A DNA stretch of 64,000 nt from Octopus vulgaris (lineage: Eukaryota): assembly GCA_951406725.2 (NCBI GenBank), contig OX597828.1, positions 6,944,001-7,008,000 on the forward strand, given 5' to 3'. Made by a program: the position numbers and the translations under genes. This document shows positions 1 through 12,054 of this stretch, in pieces (the first letter of the stretch is position 1; every line of letters begins with the position of its first letter). Under the pieces are notes generated by a model that was not told the origin of the DNA, did not search any database, and was given only the letters and a program-made list of their open reading frames with translations.

Positions 1-1382
1 TGACAAGCTTGGGTAGAAAGAGAAGTACGTGGGTGTTACAAAATGGACGACGTTTACGCTGCATGACAAAGAAACACGTTTGTCTAAATATGGTGAAACT
101 GGAAATTATTTATTTTTCTGGTTGTTAACCTTGTCACTAGTGGAGAACATTTATTTAAATATTTACATCCACATGGATCTATGGTTATGTTCCATAACTA
201 AAAGTTTGGTCAATAATCTGACAGAATGATAATCATTACAAGAATGCTGTCAGATGGATGCTTAATGGTAAAAGATGGGCGTGGAAACGACCAGAGGTTA
301 AAATAATACTCAGAGCAGCAGCAGTAGCAGCAATTGCTGCTGCTGCTGCTACTGCTGCTATTACTACTACTACTATTGCTACTACTACTACTATTGCTAC
401 AACTACTACTACTGTTGCGGCTTCTACTGCTGCTGCTACTACTACTACTACTACTTGTATGTGAGTGATATTTTTTTCTTCTGAAGGATTTCATTTACCG
501 TGATCTTTAATTAATATGAACAGGTTGACAGCTAGGGTTTCCGTGGTTGCAATTTCCACACTAAGAGAGTCCCCATTTTTTTAAAGACGTTTTATGTGTG
601 CCTTTATGCATGTGCATGCGTATTTTAGTGAATATATAAGGGTTTTTTGTTTGTTTTTTTATTTTGTTTTGTTTTTTCTTTTTTCTTTTTTTTTTTTCGT
701 CTTCAGGCGTATGATATTTCTTGACCATGCTACAATGAATGTTAGATATATAACAGTAATGAATTACATTGTTAAGGAAAGAACTTGATATATTTAATTC
801 TTTTGTGGGGTAACTGGATCTCGAAGCGCATACATGCTATAAATAATAGCATGAAAATATTGGATTGAAAAATCTTTTTGTATGGCTGCGATGTTTGCAG
901 TTCATAGATCGTCATCGAGGCTGTTTCGTATGTATGATTAACGCGCTTATCTTACATCAATTCGAAACATAACGATACCAGAAGAAACAGCATCACTGAA
1001 TTGGCGAGCATTTTGGTAACTCGGGGTGCTAACCCTTAGTGTTTTTCATAAGTATGATAAATATGAGGAAAAAATAATGCTGGTCTCCATACTGTTTCTA
1101 TGCTCAAAATTAATAAATCAAAAGCTACGATTTCTGACCTTGCATAACGCTGGAAAAAGCGTCGATTTGTTTTAATCTTCTGAAAATCACCTTCGTAAAC
1201 GGCCCGATTCACGTAGCTGTGAGCAGGCGACATATATTTGGTTATTTGAGTTCAATATAGATAGCAGAAATTAAAATACTGATAACGAAGCAATGACGAG
1301 AAGAATTATAATGAACAGAAATGGAAATGCAAGAGTTTAGGCCTGTAAACGAAGAACTCCGACACATTGCTGGTGTCTAATA

Positions 1383-1585
1383 CTCTTTAATCTTTTACTT
1401 GTTTCAACCATTTGACTGTGGCCATGCTTGAGCACTGCCTTTAGTCGAGCAAATCGACCCCAGGACTTATTATTTGTAAGCCTAGTACTTATTCTATCGG
1501 TCTCTTTTGCTGAATCGCAAATTTACGGGGACGTAAACACACCAGCATCGGTTGTCAAGCGATGTTGAGGGGGACAAAAACAGAT

Positions 1586-1670
<85 letters not shown>

Positions 1671-2005
1671 CAACCAATAAGGGTGAGAAATTTTTATACT
1701 AATTTAATAGTACATCCATTTAACACCTAGTGGCTTAGAGCATATAAAACCCGGATTTTCATACATTTTATATATAAATATAAGAGAGCGACCACTATAT
1801 GGTCTACTCTGTGGTCGCTCTCTTATATTTATATATATATACGACGGGCCTCTTTCAATTTCCGTCTAACAAATCCACTCACAAAGCTTTGGTCGGCCCG
1901 AGACTATAATAGAAGACACTTGCCCAAGGTGCCACGCAGTGGGACTGAACCCGGAACCATGTGGTTCGTAAGCAAGCTACTTACCACACAGCCACTCCTA
2001 CGCCT
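1383..2005 (-). mobile_element. tRNA-derived SINE family A (CORE-like motif, internal (TA)n/(CA)n tract), with a nested ~170-bp insert
   Basis: Reverse complement reads GGCGTAGGAGTGGCTGTGTGG (A box), GGTTCAGTCCC (B box), ACCTTGGGCAAGTGTCTT and a GCATGGCCACAGTCAAATGGTTGAAACAAGTAAAAG tail; about 20 related copies in the window. Confidence 0.9.
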
Positions 2006-2512
2006 AATGTATAGTTATAAAAGGGAACCTTTCGTACAAAGCAGTTTTCTATCCTCGACATCCACTGGTTACATGCGAAAGATGAAGTGGAAGACCCCAG
2101 AAAGAAAATGGTTATTTATTTCAGAGAGTGCAAAAATTTAAGGGTTGATTTCAAGTGTGTATTTCTTATTTTTAAGTTACCCAAGCAAGGGGCAATGTCC
2201 ATAGCTTTTATAACCTTTCTTAGGCAATGTCATTGATGCAGCCATTATCTAGCTTCAACATCTTAATGATCATTATATGTAGGAAAAATTGTGGCCGCGA
2301 GTAAACCACTGGTCTAGACCAGAAGTTTGCAATAGAATGAACTCCGCTAAAAGCATCGATGAATCAATAGGAGATTAGCCCTACCATTTATTGTGAATGA
2401 CACTGAAGGATTCTAAAGGATTAGATGGTGATGTTGATATTGTTGTTATTGCTGTGTATTTCCTGTTCAACGCTGATTGAGTAGACTTGTGATCAGAGTC
2501 CGTCTTTTTCCT

Positions 2513-2918
2513 ATAGGCGCAGGAGTGGCTGTGTGGTTAGTAGCTTGCTTACGAACCACAGGGTTCCGGATTCCGTCCCACTGCGTGGCACCTTGGACAA
2601 GTGTCTTCTACTATAGCCACGGGCCGACCAAAGCCTTCTGAGTGGATTTGTTAGACGGAAACTGAAAGAAGACCGTCGTATATATGTATATGTGTGTGTG
2701 TGTGTGTGAGTGTGTATGTGTCGGTATGTATATGTCTGTGTGTCTGTGTTTGTCCCCCCCCTCCAACAACGCTTGACAACCGATGCTGGTGTATTTACGT
2801 CACTCTCACTTAGCGGTTCGGCAAGACAGACCGATACAATAAGTACTAGGCTTACAAAAGATTTGCTCGACTAAAGGCGGTGCTCCAGCATGGCTGCAGT
2901 CAAATGACTGAAACAAAA
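2513..2918 (+). mobile_element. SINE family A, full length
   Basis: Same head, body, internal microsatellite and tail as the other copies. Confidence 0.9.
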
Positions 2919-3029
2919 ATATGCATGGAACTCTAGCACAGCTTCGAGAGAGATCTGACTGTTATTTCTAGGAGACTGACTGGCCGCAGAAGTAAGTCTC
3001 TCGCGGACACCTAGGTGAAACTGGTCAAC

Positions 3030-3352
3030 TGAACTCGCACTCCGTTCGTTATGACAATGAAGGTTCTAGTTGATCTAATCAACGGAACAGCCTGTTCGTG
3101 AAATTAACGTACAAGTAGCTATGAACATCACAAACAGGGAAACCCTAAACGTAGTTCTCAGGGAGATTCATTGGGACACAGAATGCGACAAGGCTGGCCC
3201 TTTGAACAGGTACACACGTTTTGCCAGCAAAGTGAACTGGAGTAACGCGAAATTAAGTATCTAGCTCAAGGACACAACGCGCCACAAGGAATTGAACTCA
3301 CGGCCATACGATCGTGAATCGAATGCCTTAACCACTAATCCACGCGCCTACA
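3030..3352 (-). mobile_element. tRNA-derived SINE family D
   Basis: Homologous to 29933-30254 and 54134-54460 (GGCGCGTGG..TAGTGGTTA head; GTTAATTTCACGA.CAGGCTGTTCCGTTG tail). Confidence 0.75.
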
Positions 3353-3731
3353 CAACTGTTTAACTAAGTGTTCTGTTAAACCTACAAAATATCAGAGAAC
3401 CACTACGCGGCCTCTCGGTCTGAAAGGAATATTAGTCAGATCTCCTTCAAATCACACCTTACCGATTTTATCTGCCTTGGATAATATAGTGCTGATTTCT
3501 TTGTATGTCGCAAAAAGGCGTGATTGCCACTACTGGAATGACTTTGACGTTAGGTGTGCTCAATCAAGACTAATCTGGAACTAAATAACAATGACTGTAG
3601 CAAAAATAACAACTACAACTCCTAAAAACACCCAATGACCAGGTATTGATAATCAACCAGCCGATTCTTTATGTTTATCTAATATTTATACGTATATGGG
3701 TTTATGTGTGCGTGCAAAGATTGTAGTATTC

Positions 3732-3779
<48 letters not shown>

Positions 3780-4079
3780 ATGTATGTCAAAGCATTCTTT
3801 GAAATGACTGTTACAACACAGAGACATCCCTGACTATCTATTCATAAGTAATAGGCTAAGTGCATTGTGATTACGATAAATGGTTACTCTGCTGTGAATA
3901 AGATAACGTGTGTGAATGATAATAGGTTTCTAAGAGAAGTCAAACAACAACTGTGTATATATCTGTGTGTGTGTGTGTGTGTGTATGTACAAGAAGATTC
4001 TTATAGAGTCTCATGAAGATGAGTCTATATATATATATATATGTATGTGTGCGTGTGTATGTGTGTACACACACACGCA

Positions 4080-4121
<42 letters not shown>

Positions 4122-4420
4122 CGTCTCGAGTTAGTTGTTTATGTGAGTGAGTTGTCTGTGATGTGTGCATGTATGTTTGGGAGGGAGTGAGTGTATGTTT
4201 ATTATATAATCATGGAACACATGAAATGTTTTATGTCTATCTAGAACATTTTATGCGCTTCTATTCATACGTACAAACGCACGGATATATAAGCATATAA
4301 ACTGTCCTAGTTATACATAAAACTTTCCATATATTCTTCATGATTATATAATATGCATATAGACGTTCACACACACACACACACACACCACACACACATA
4401 TATATGTATATGTATATATG

Positions 4421-4485
<65 letters not shown>

Positions 4486-4596
4486 TATATATATATATAT
4501 ATACGTGCACACATATACAATGATAGAGTATAGACAGAAAGTTATATATATATAGATAAATATACACGCATATATATATATACGTATGCATAAATG

Positions 4597-4639
<43 letters not shown>

Positions 4640-4777
4640 ATGTATGTGCGTGCGAGCGTGTGTGTGTGTGTGCGTGTGTGTGTTATTTATAAATGTATTA
4701 CTGTGAAGTTACATTGGTGATTTAAGGACAGGAATTTCATGCTAGAGCACTCACTCACCAAATTTTAGTGTATGTAT

Positions 4778-4813
<36 letters not shown>

Positions 4814-5412
4814 GTGTGTGTATGTGTGATTGTGTATGTACGTACATCATTGTTTATTTGTGCGTACATGTATGTAAAAACAAAAGCAAGTACGTAGGTG
4901 AAATAGGTATATATACATATGTGTATAAATCCATGAATGCGTATTTATATAAATATATATAGAGAGAGAGAGGGAGAGAGGGAGAGAGACAAAAATGAAA
5001 GAGAGAGATAAATTTAAAGGGAGAAGGAGAAGTAAAAATGAAAGAAAGAAAGAGAAGAGAGAGCCAGTGGTAGAAAGTGACAGAGAGATAGAGAGAGAAA
5101 CAGTTATAGATGTAGACACGAGAGCTCTATAAATAAACAATTTCTTCTTTTACAACAGTAAAGAAAGATTATAATTTCTGAGACTTGTGAATGGCACGCA
5201 CTAGAATGGCACAGTAAACTCTTTCAGTTCCGTGATAGGATATATCCATTGATGGGTTACAAGATGATTTGGAAGAATGGGATGAACAGAAACACGGAGA
5301 AGTGACTTTAAGTGCCACAATATCTTAGACATTTACGGTCAGAAATAAAACTTGTACAATAAACGTCGTAACGGTTAAATTTATACATTCATCAACATAT
5401 ATATATATATAC

Positions 5413-5460
<48 letters not shown>

Positions 5461-5463
<3 letters not shown>

Positions 5464-5597
5464 AAAAGTATATATAAAAATACAAAATGGAACAAGAACG
5501 CAAAACATTCAAATAGACGACACAAAAAACGGACGGGTCATTCGAAGCCTCTAATCTTCAGTCAAGAACCGGATCATACTCGCAATTTCGGCTGATT
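5461..5597 (-). repeat. Dispersed repeat family B, microsatellite-associated, probable Penelope-like terminal fragment
   Basis: Reverse complement matches 59170-59337 (TAATCA.CCGAAATTGCGAG.ATGATCCG.TTCTTGACTGA.GAT). Confidence 0.55.
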
Positions 5598-5613
5598 ATA
5601 TATATATATATAT

Positions 5614-5794
5614 CGCGTGTGTACCGTCTTCCCTTCCTTGGACCTTTCCTTTTCCTATGTTTCTGACGAAGAGCTCCGCTCGAAACGTTAAACCCTCCTT
5701 CTACCCTTCCTTCCTGAGCGTCCAATAATACTATATTTGTTCCACGTCCTCGCATTGTCGTGTTTTCTCTTTGTGTTTTCATGTTTGGATTAAC
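5614..5794 (+). mobile_element. Short hammerhead-bearing element (family H1, Penelope pLTR-like), 3' end at (TA)n
   Basis: Homologous to 52594-52795 and 12994-13176; contains an HHR motif; ends TTTGGATTAAC(TA)n. Confidence 0.8.
5659..5693 (+). ncRNA. Minimal type I hammerhead ribozyme motif
   Basis: GUUU-CUGACGA-A-GAGC(UCC)GCUC-GAAA-CG-U-U-AAAC: stem I GUUU/AAAC, intact core, palindromic ACGU stem III. Confidence 0.8.
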
Positions 5795-5806
5795 TATATA
5801 TATATA

Positions 5807-6621
5807 CGTGGTTTGATCAATAAGTATCCGGTCCGGCCTATTGCCATAGTAACACTCAGAGTAAAACTGCTTGGCAAGATTGATTGCTGTGCATGATCAC
5901 TAAGTTTTAACGTTCTAGCTCGCTTTCGCTATTTACAGCAGTGCTTAGAAGGAAAGTGTGTAGCGTGTGATCGTCGCATTGATCGTGACAGAGAGAGTTG
6001 AGGAGCGAGAATCTGCATCAAACGTTGCCAAACGCTTGACGATGCCTGCTTAGAAGCCTACGCGAAGTTTGCAAAAAGTTTTCATTGTTCTCGACACAAT
6101 CAAGGAGAACTTGTGCAATTGAAATCCGAGTGTCTTTTTGGTCAGCTGAAAGCAGCTTTGGCAACAAGCATGTCATACCTAAATCTTCAGTGATAATGGA
6201 CTGAATTAAACCGTAACTAATCTGCACATCCTCTGATAACTTACGGATGGTGACTCGACAAGTTCCTCTCACAGCTGCACGCACATCTGCGATGTTTTTC
6301 TCAGTTCTGCTGGTTGCGGGTTTCCCAAATCTTTCGTCCCTATCGACATTTTTCGGCCATCTTGGAAACGTCTGAACCATTCTTACACTTGTGGGTGGCT
6401 CATACATTCCTCTCCATACAATTTCTGCGACTTTGTATAGGCCTCGGAGCAGGTATCGCCATGACAACTTTCTCTGTCATGGTCGATCACAAGCACTGCT
6501 GTAAACAGCAGAAGTGAGCTGGAACGTCGAAACTTAGTGCACGTACACAGCAGTCGATCTTTGCCAAGTGGCTGTACTCTGCGTGATTTAGGTTCGTTAC
6601 TATGGCAACAGTCTGGATACT
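5807..6621. mobile_element. Mariner-derived element made of two inverted 5' ends
   Basis: 5807-6080 (+) and 6065-6621 (-) both start with the same TIR/5'UTR (..AGTATCC.G..TTGCCATAGTAAC). The minus arm encodes a mariner HTH region (RFGKPATSRTEKNIADVRAAV..VTIRKLSEDV..LLPKLLSADQK). Confidence 0.8.
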
Positions 6622-6754
6622 ATATGTAAGTTTAATTACATTGTTGCTACTGAGAGTCTCGTTTTTGAGTATTCATTCAGGCGACGAAGATATGAAAAAA
6701 TCTCGAATAAGGACTTATTTGATCCACCTGGCAAGTCCTTGGTTCCAGTGCATA

Positions 6755-7167
6755 CTCTTGTTACTCTTTTACTTGTTTCAGTCATTTAACTGCGGCCATG
6801 CTGGAGTACCGCCTTTAGTCGAGCAAATCGACCTCAGGACTTATTCTTTGTAAGCCTAGTACTTATTCCATCGGTCTCTTTTGCCGAACCGCTAAGTTAC
6901 GGGGGGACATAAACACACCAGCATCGGTTGTCAAGTGATGTTCGGGGGACAAACACAGACACAACCACACACACACACATATATATATATACATATATAC
7001 ATATATACGACGGGCTTCTTTTCAGTTTCCGTCTACCAAATCCACTCACAAGGCTTTGGTCAGCCCGAGGCTATAGTAGAAGACATTTGCCGAAGGTGCC
7101 ACGCAGTGGGACTGAACTCGGAACCATGTGATTGGTAAGCAAGCTACTTACCACACAGCCACTCCTG
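6755..7167 (-). mobile_element. SINE family A, full length
   Basis: High similarity to the other family A copies. Confidence 0.9.
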
Positions 7168-7480
7168 TGTGTGACTGTGGATTTGAACTGGTTAATCAGC
7201 CTTCCTATTTTCCTGATTTGGCCCCATTGACTACCATCTGTTCCCCAATATGAAAAATACTTGGCTGGGAACCAGTATCGCAGTGATGATGACGTCATAT
7301 CTGCTGATAATGACTTTTTGCACCAATGAAATGAAAGCTTTTTCAAAAATAGGATCCAAGCACTGCACATCCGATGGAAGAATTGACAGGGACCGAAAGT
7401 GAAACTATGTTGAAAAATAAACCTCGTTTTGTCACGTGAGTGTATCTTGGTCAGCCTATGAACTTTTCAGCGGACCCACG
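7168..7480 (+). mobile_element. Mariner 3' fragment with right TIR
   Basis: Decayed DCGFELV.QPSYFPDLAP.DYHLFPNMK..YRSDDDVISA..YVEK*, followed by a GAACTTTTCAGCGGACCCACG end. Confidence 0.85.
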
Positions 7481-7993
7481 AGCGTGAACATGCGTGTGTG
7501 TATGTGTGTGCGTATGTGTGTGCGTGCGTGTGTGGATGGATGGATGGATCGATGGATGGATGTTATTTATTCGGGTCTTTGCGTTTTGATAGACGGTCTA
7601 AGAAAAGGAGTGTGTCTTAAGTGCATAAACTCTTCTTCCTGCAGCTTCTCATAACCACATGGTGCCTACTGACCTGTAATCACCCACTACTATTTCCATC
7701 ACAATTTAAATAGGACAATCAACGCTGACAATCAACGCTGAAATCTATTTAAAATACCACATGACTATAAGGAATGTAGAATAATTCAAAGAAAAAGTGT
7801 TCTATAACAACTACCAAACGGTCCAGTTAAATTTGTCAACGTCAACGAGGACTGCCGCTTGGTGCTACGCAAACAATTAGTTGTGAATAGCAACTTATCA
7901 TTGAACAACATGATTTACTATTACCACTAACAAGCCTGATACAAACTAATAAAGGGGAGAATTACTTCTTGAACAGGGACCGGTACACCCCTT

Positions 7994-8310
7994 CATCATC
8001 ATCATTGTTCGACCGTGGTCGAGACAATGGAATTTACTATGCTACGCCACACGGTCCATCATAGCATTACGGAGGTCCTGTTGCTGGATACCTGTATCCC
8101 TGGAGATTACATCAGGGTAGGAGAGTGTGCGCCCTCTGGTATCGCGTGTAGATGGCTTCCAGAGGAGAAGAGTAGAAATTACTTCGTTTTCAGCTCTACA
8201 ATGTCCAGCAAACTGGACTCTTCTACCTTTCACAAGAGATGACACAGGCGGTAGTTCCCCATTTTGGTTGGATGACGCTTCCACGAGAGATTTTGAGCTC
8301 TCATAAAAAA
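7994..8310 (-). mobile_element. RTE-clade LINE 3' fragment with (GAT)n tail
   Basis: MRAQNLSWKRHPTK / LPPVSSLVKGRRVQFAGHCRAENEVISTLLLWKP..RGRTLSYPDVISRDTG is typical of the RTE/RTEX C-terminus; ends in GATGATGATG. Confidence 0.85.
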
Positions 8311-9138
8311 GGTACATCCCAAGGGGTTCCAGACTGCTCTATGGGAGCTTGCTGAGCAGACGAGGTAACTATCTGGAAGGGATGACCTCGTGGCTTCTTT
8401 CTGCTCATTGATTGCCTACGCGAGCACGTGCCTCTTGACCCTATATGGCCGGCGTGTCCCCGACTTTCCGCCGCCAACGTGTCCGCCCGCACGTGAGCAT
8501 TGCCTGCGCTCGACTGATGGCTGGCCGTCCTCCGCACTCTCGTGCTCGCGCTCGTTCCCGCTCTGCGCCGACCCAACGCGCTCCATCTCGCCCGCTGGCA
8601 GTTGCCGTTCCGTCCTCTCGCACATTCGGTTTCTTCCTCGCCTGTCGTCGCTGCCGTGCTCCCCGACGCCTTCGGTCACGCAACCGGGACCGCGCCGCTT
8701 CGCCTCGCGCTTCCTACCCGACGACGATGTGCTCTTCCTCTCGCGGCCGTTTCGCCGCATGCCCTCGCACGCTTCGGTAGCTCACTTCTGTTGTTATGTA
8801 ATACACTTGTTTTTGTAACATATCTTCTTTGTTAGAGAGAAGAAAAAAGTAAAAGTATTGTAGGTGACTAATTGTTCTACTTAAGAAATGCATTGTGTCT
8901 ATGTAACAACGTATGTGTGTATGCATGGGTGCGTGCGTGTGTCTGTGTGTCTATGTGTTAGTGTCTGTGTTATCATGTTATATGTTTACCTATTTATATA
9001 TATATGTTTGCGCATACACGTAAGTTTGCGAATATATGTGTTTATATATATTTACATACATATATACATACATATATATATGCACAAATATATACACAGA
9101 CACATATATAAACATATATACAGATATATATATACACA

Positions 9139-9262
9139 CACATGGTTCCGGGTTCAGTCCTACTGCGTTGCACCTTAGGAGAGTGATTTTCATCATGGCC
9201 TCGAGCCCCGAACAAAGACTTGTGAGTGGATTTGGTAAACGGAAACTGAAACAAGCCCGCCG
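9139..9262 (+). mobile_element. SINE family A, 5' half
   Basis: B box and body up to AAGCCCGCCG(TA)n; mariner inserted in the TA tract. Confidence 0.75.
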
Positions 9263-9270
9263 TATATATA

Positions 9271-10561
9271 CAAGGGACGTTCAATAAGTAATGCCTCTGA
9301 CCCACTTGCAGTTGTTTGATCTAGCTGAAATTTTGCATGTGCAATCATTTTTATCTCTATAGAGTAAGTGGCAAATTACAGCTCTGAATTAATTGTGGCT
9401 TCTGATTTACAGGTGTTTGAACCGAGTCAAGTGTGAAATGGAGCCTGTTGAGTGTCGAGCAGTGATCCGGTTTTTGTATTTGAAAGGACGCACACCACGG
9501 GAGACTTTTGATGAAATGAAAGTAACTTATAGTGATGATGCCCCATCATATGACCTTGTAAAACGCTGGCATCGTGAATTCAAACATGGTCGGAACTCTG
9601 TGGAAACAGCTCCGAGATCTGGTCGCCCCCTTCTGCCATTGATGAGGCATCTGTCCGTCAAGTTGAGGCTGCCATTTTGGAAGATCGACGCATTATTATT
9701 CGCCAAATAGCCCATGAGGTCAAGATTAGTACCGGGTCTGTGGAAACTATCATTCATTACCATTTGCATATGCAAAAGGTGTCTGCCAGATGGATTCCCA
9801 GGTTGCTCACGCCTTTCCAGAAGCAAGAACGCGTCGAGTGCTCGAGGGTGAATTTGGAGATGTGCCAAGAAGATGAGTCAAATTTTTTCAAAAGACTGAT
9901 TACACAGGATGAAACCTGGGTCCATCACGATGATCCAGAGACCAAAGCCCAGTCAATGCAGGGGAAGCACCGTGACTCACCCCCTCCAAAGAAGGCAAGG
10001 GTGCAGCCCTCCGCTGGCAAGGTCATGCTCACAGTCTTCTGGGACCAGGACGGAGTAGTAATGACAGATTTCCTGGCAAAGGGTACCACAATTGCAGGAG
10101 CCTATTATGCTTCACTTTTGAGGAAATTAAGAAAAGTTATCAAAATCAAGAGGCGGGGCAAGATCAGCAAAGGCATCCTCCTCCTGCAGGACGACGCTCC
10201 GGTCCACAACTCGCTTGTCGCCAGATCAGAAGCACAGGCGTATGGCTATGAACTCCTCCCCATCCCCCCTACTTTCCTGACCTTGCACCCTCTGGTTTTC
10301 ACCTCTTCCCAATCATGAAGTTGTTTTTGAAAGGAAAGCGTTTCCCAGATGATGCAGCCTTGATTTCTGAAGTCACGTTGAGGTTGGAGGACCAAGCTGG
10401 GTTCTTCTACAAAAACGGTCTCCAGAGCCGCATCAAACGATGGGAGAAATGCGTAACTCTGGGTGGTTCCTATGTAGAAAAAGACTAATAACTGTGCCAA
10501 GTTTCGTTGCTCTACTGCTATGGGAAGTGGGTCAGGGGCATTACTTATTGAACGCTCCTCG
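9271..10561 (+). mobile_element. Full-length (~1.29 kb) mariner transposon
   Basis: TIRs CAAGGGACGTTCAATAAGTAATGCCTCTGACCCACTT / AAGTGGGTCAGGGGCATTACTTATTGAACGCTCCTCG; TA on both flanks. Confidence 0.95.
9438..10488 (+). pseudogene. Mariner DD34D transposase pseudogene
   Basis: MEPVECRAVIRFL..WHREFKHGR, WIPRLL, ITQDETW, LLQDDAPVH, PYFPDLAPSGF (third Asp lost), YVEKD*; frameshifts near 9630 and 10262. Confidence 0.92.
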
Positions 10562-10657
10562 TACATATATATATTCATATAAACATATATGTTTGTGTAT
10601 GTATGTATATATATATATACATATATATATATAGACAGGTAGAGAAAGAGAGACATG

Positions 10658-10710
<53 letters not shown>

Positions 10711-10717
10711 ACACCCA

Positions 10718-10959
10718 TTCTTTTACTTGTTTCAGTCATTTGATTGCGGCCATGCTGCAGCACTGCCTTTAGTCGAACAAATTAACCGCAGGACTTACTC
10801 TTTATAAAACTAGTACTTATTCTATCAATACTTTTGCAGAACCGCTAGATTACGGGAAAGTAACAACTCACCAACATCGGTTGTCAAGCGATGGTTGGGG
10901 CGGGGGACAAACACAGACACACAAACACATACATACATACATACGCACACACACACACA

Positions 10960-11019
<60 letters not shown>

Positions 11020-11345
11020 AGAGAACAAAGTGTACGTACGCCGCTATATATATATTACTCTTTACTCTTTTACTCTTTTACCTGTTTCAGTCATTTGACT
11101 GTGGCCATGCTGGAGCACCGCCTTTCAGTCGAGCAAATCGACCCTAAGACTTATTCTTTGTAAGCCTAGTACTTATTCTATCGGACTCTTTTTCCGAACC
11201 GCTATATTACGGGAGGTAAAACACACCAGGGTCGGTTGTCAAGTGATGCTGGGGGGGACAAACACAGATACACAAACATATACACACGCATATGCATATA
11301 TATACATACGACGGGCTTCTTTCAGTTTCCGTCTACCAAACCCAC
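10718..11345 (-). mobile_element. Two partial SINE family A copies (10718-10925, 11057-11345)
   Basis: Family A tail and body sequences separated by (TA)n. Confidence 0.85.
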
Positions 11346-11767
11346 AATTTTTACCGGCATCCTCTCTGTCGCCGGATATAATCTGCGTCTGCGCAGTGAT
11401 TTGAAAAGTTAGGATATACAGGAATGAGGAGAAGAGGAGGGAGAAGGGGAAAGGTGAGAGTGAAGAGGGGGAGAGAGGGAGAAGGAAAGAAGGAGGGGTG
11501 GTGAGGGTGAAATGAGATGAGGGTGGAGGGTGGAGGGGAGATGAGATGAGGGGGAGGGGGAGGGGAGAAGAAAAGAGGAGAAGAGGAGGGAGGGGGAAGG
11601 GGAGAAGGAAAGAGGAGAAGAGGAGGGAGGAGGAGGGGGAAGGGGAGAAGGAAGGAGAGGAGAAGAGGAGGGGAGAGGGAGAGGGGGAGATGGAGAAAGA
11701 AGGGGAGTGGTGAGGGTGAGATGAGATGAGATGTGGATCTAGCTGTCTGTATGTTTGAAATCTTAAG

Positions 11768-11846
11768 GCTGTCCCACTGATGAAACTGGCCTTCAGCGAA
11801 TATTTTTTTGCTGGAAATAGTTAGAAACCATGGTCTGGGAAATAGC
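11768..11846 (+). ncRNA. Type I hammerhead ribozyme motif with elongated stem II
   Basis: UCCCA-CUGAUGA-AACU..UUCAGCGA/UUGCUGGA..AGUU-A-GAAA-CCAUGG-U-C-UGGGA; GUC triplet at 11833-11835. Confidence 0.7.
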
Positions 11847-12006
11847 TGAGATGGTAAGCGTTTTTTTATTTTCATTCCTTTCGTGAATTTATCATTATCT
11901 GGCGGTTTGAGTTTGGGCAAGTGTCTTCTACTATATCTCCTCAGGCCGACCAAAGCCTTCTGAGGGAATTTAGTAGACGGATACTGAACGAAGCCCGTCG
12001 TATATA

Positions 12007-12053
<47 letters not shown>

Positions 12054-12054
12054 T

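Noticed and set aside
940-1040. ELASILVTRGANP, ankyrin-like peptide on the + strand
   Set aside because: Short, bounded by stops, no TPLH motif or clear splice sites; probably chance
8301-8835. Overlapping Arg-rich ORFs on both strands
   Set aside because: Expected from high GC content; no recognisable domain or frame preference
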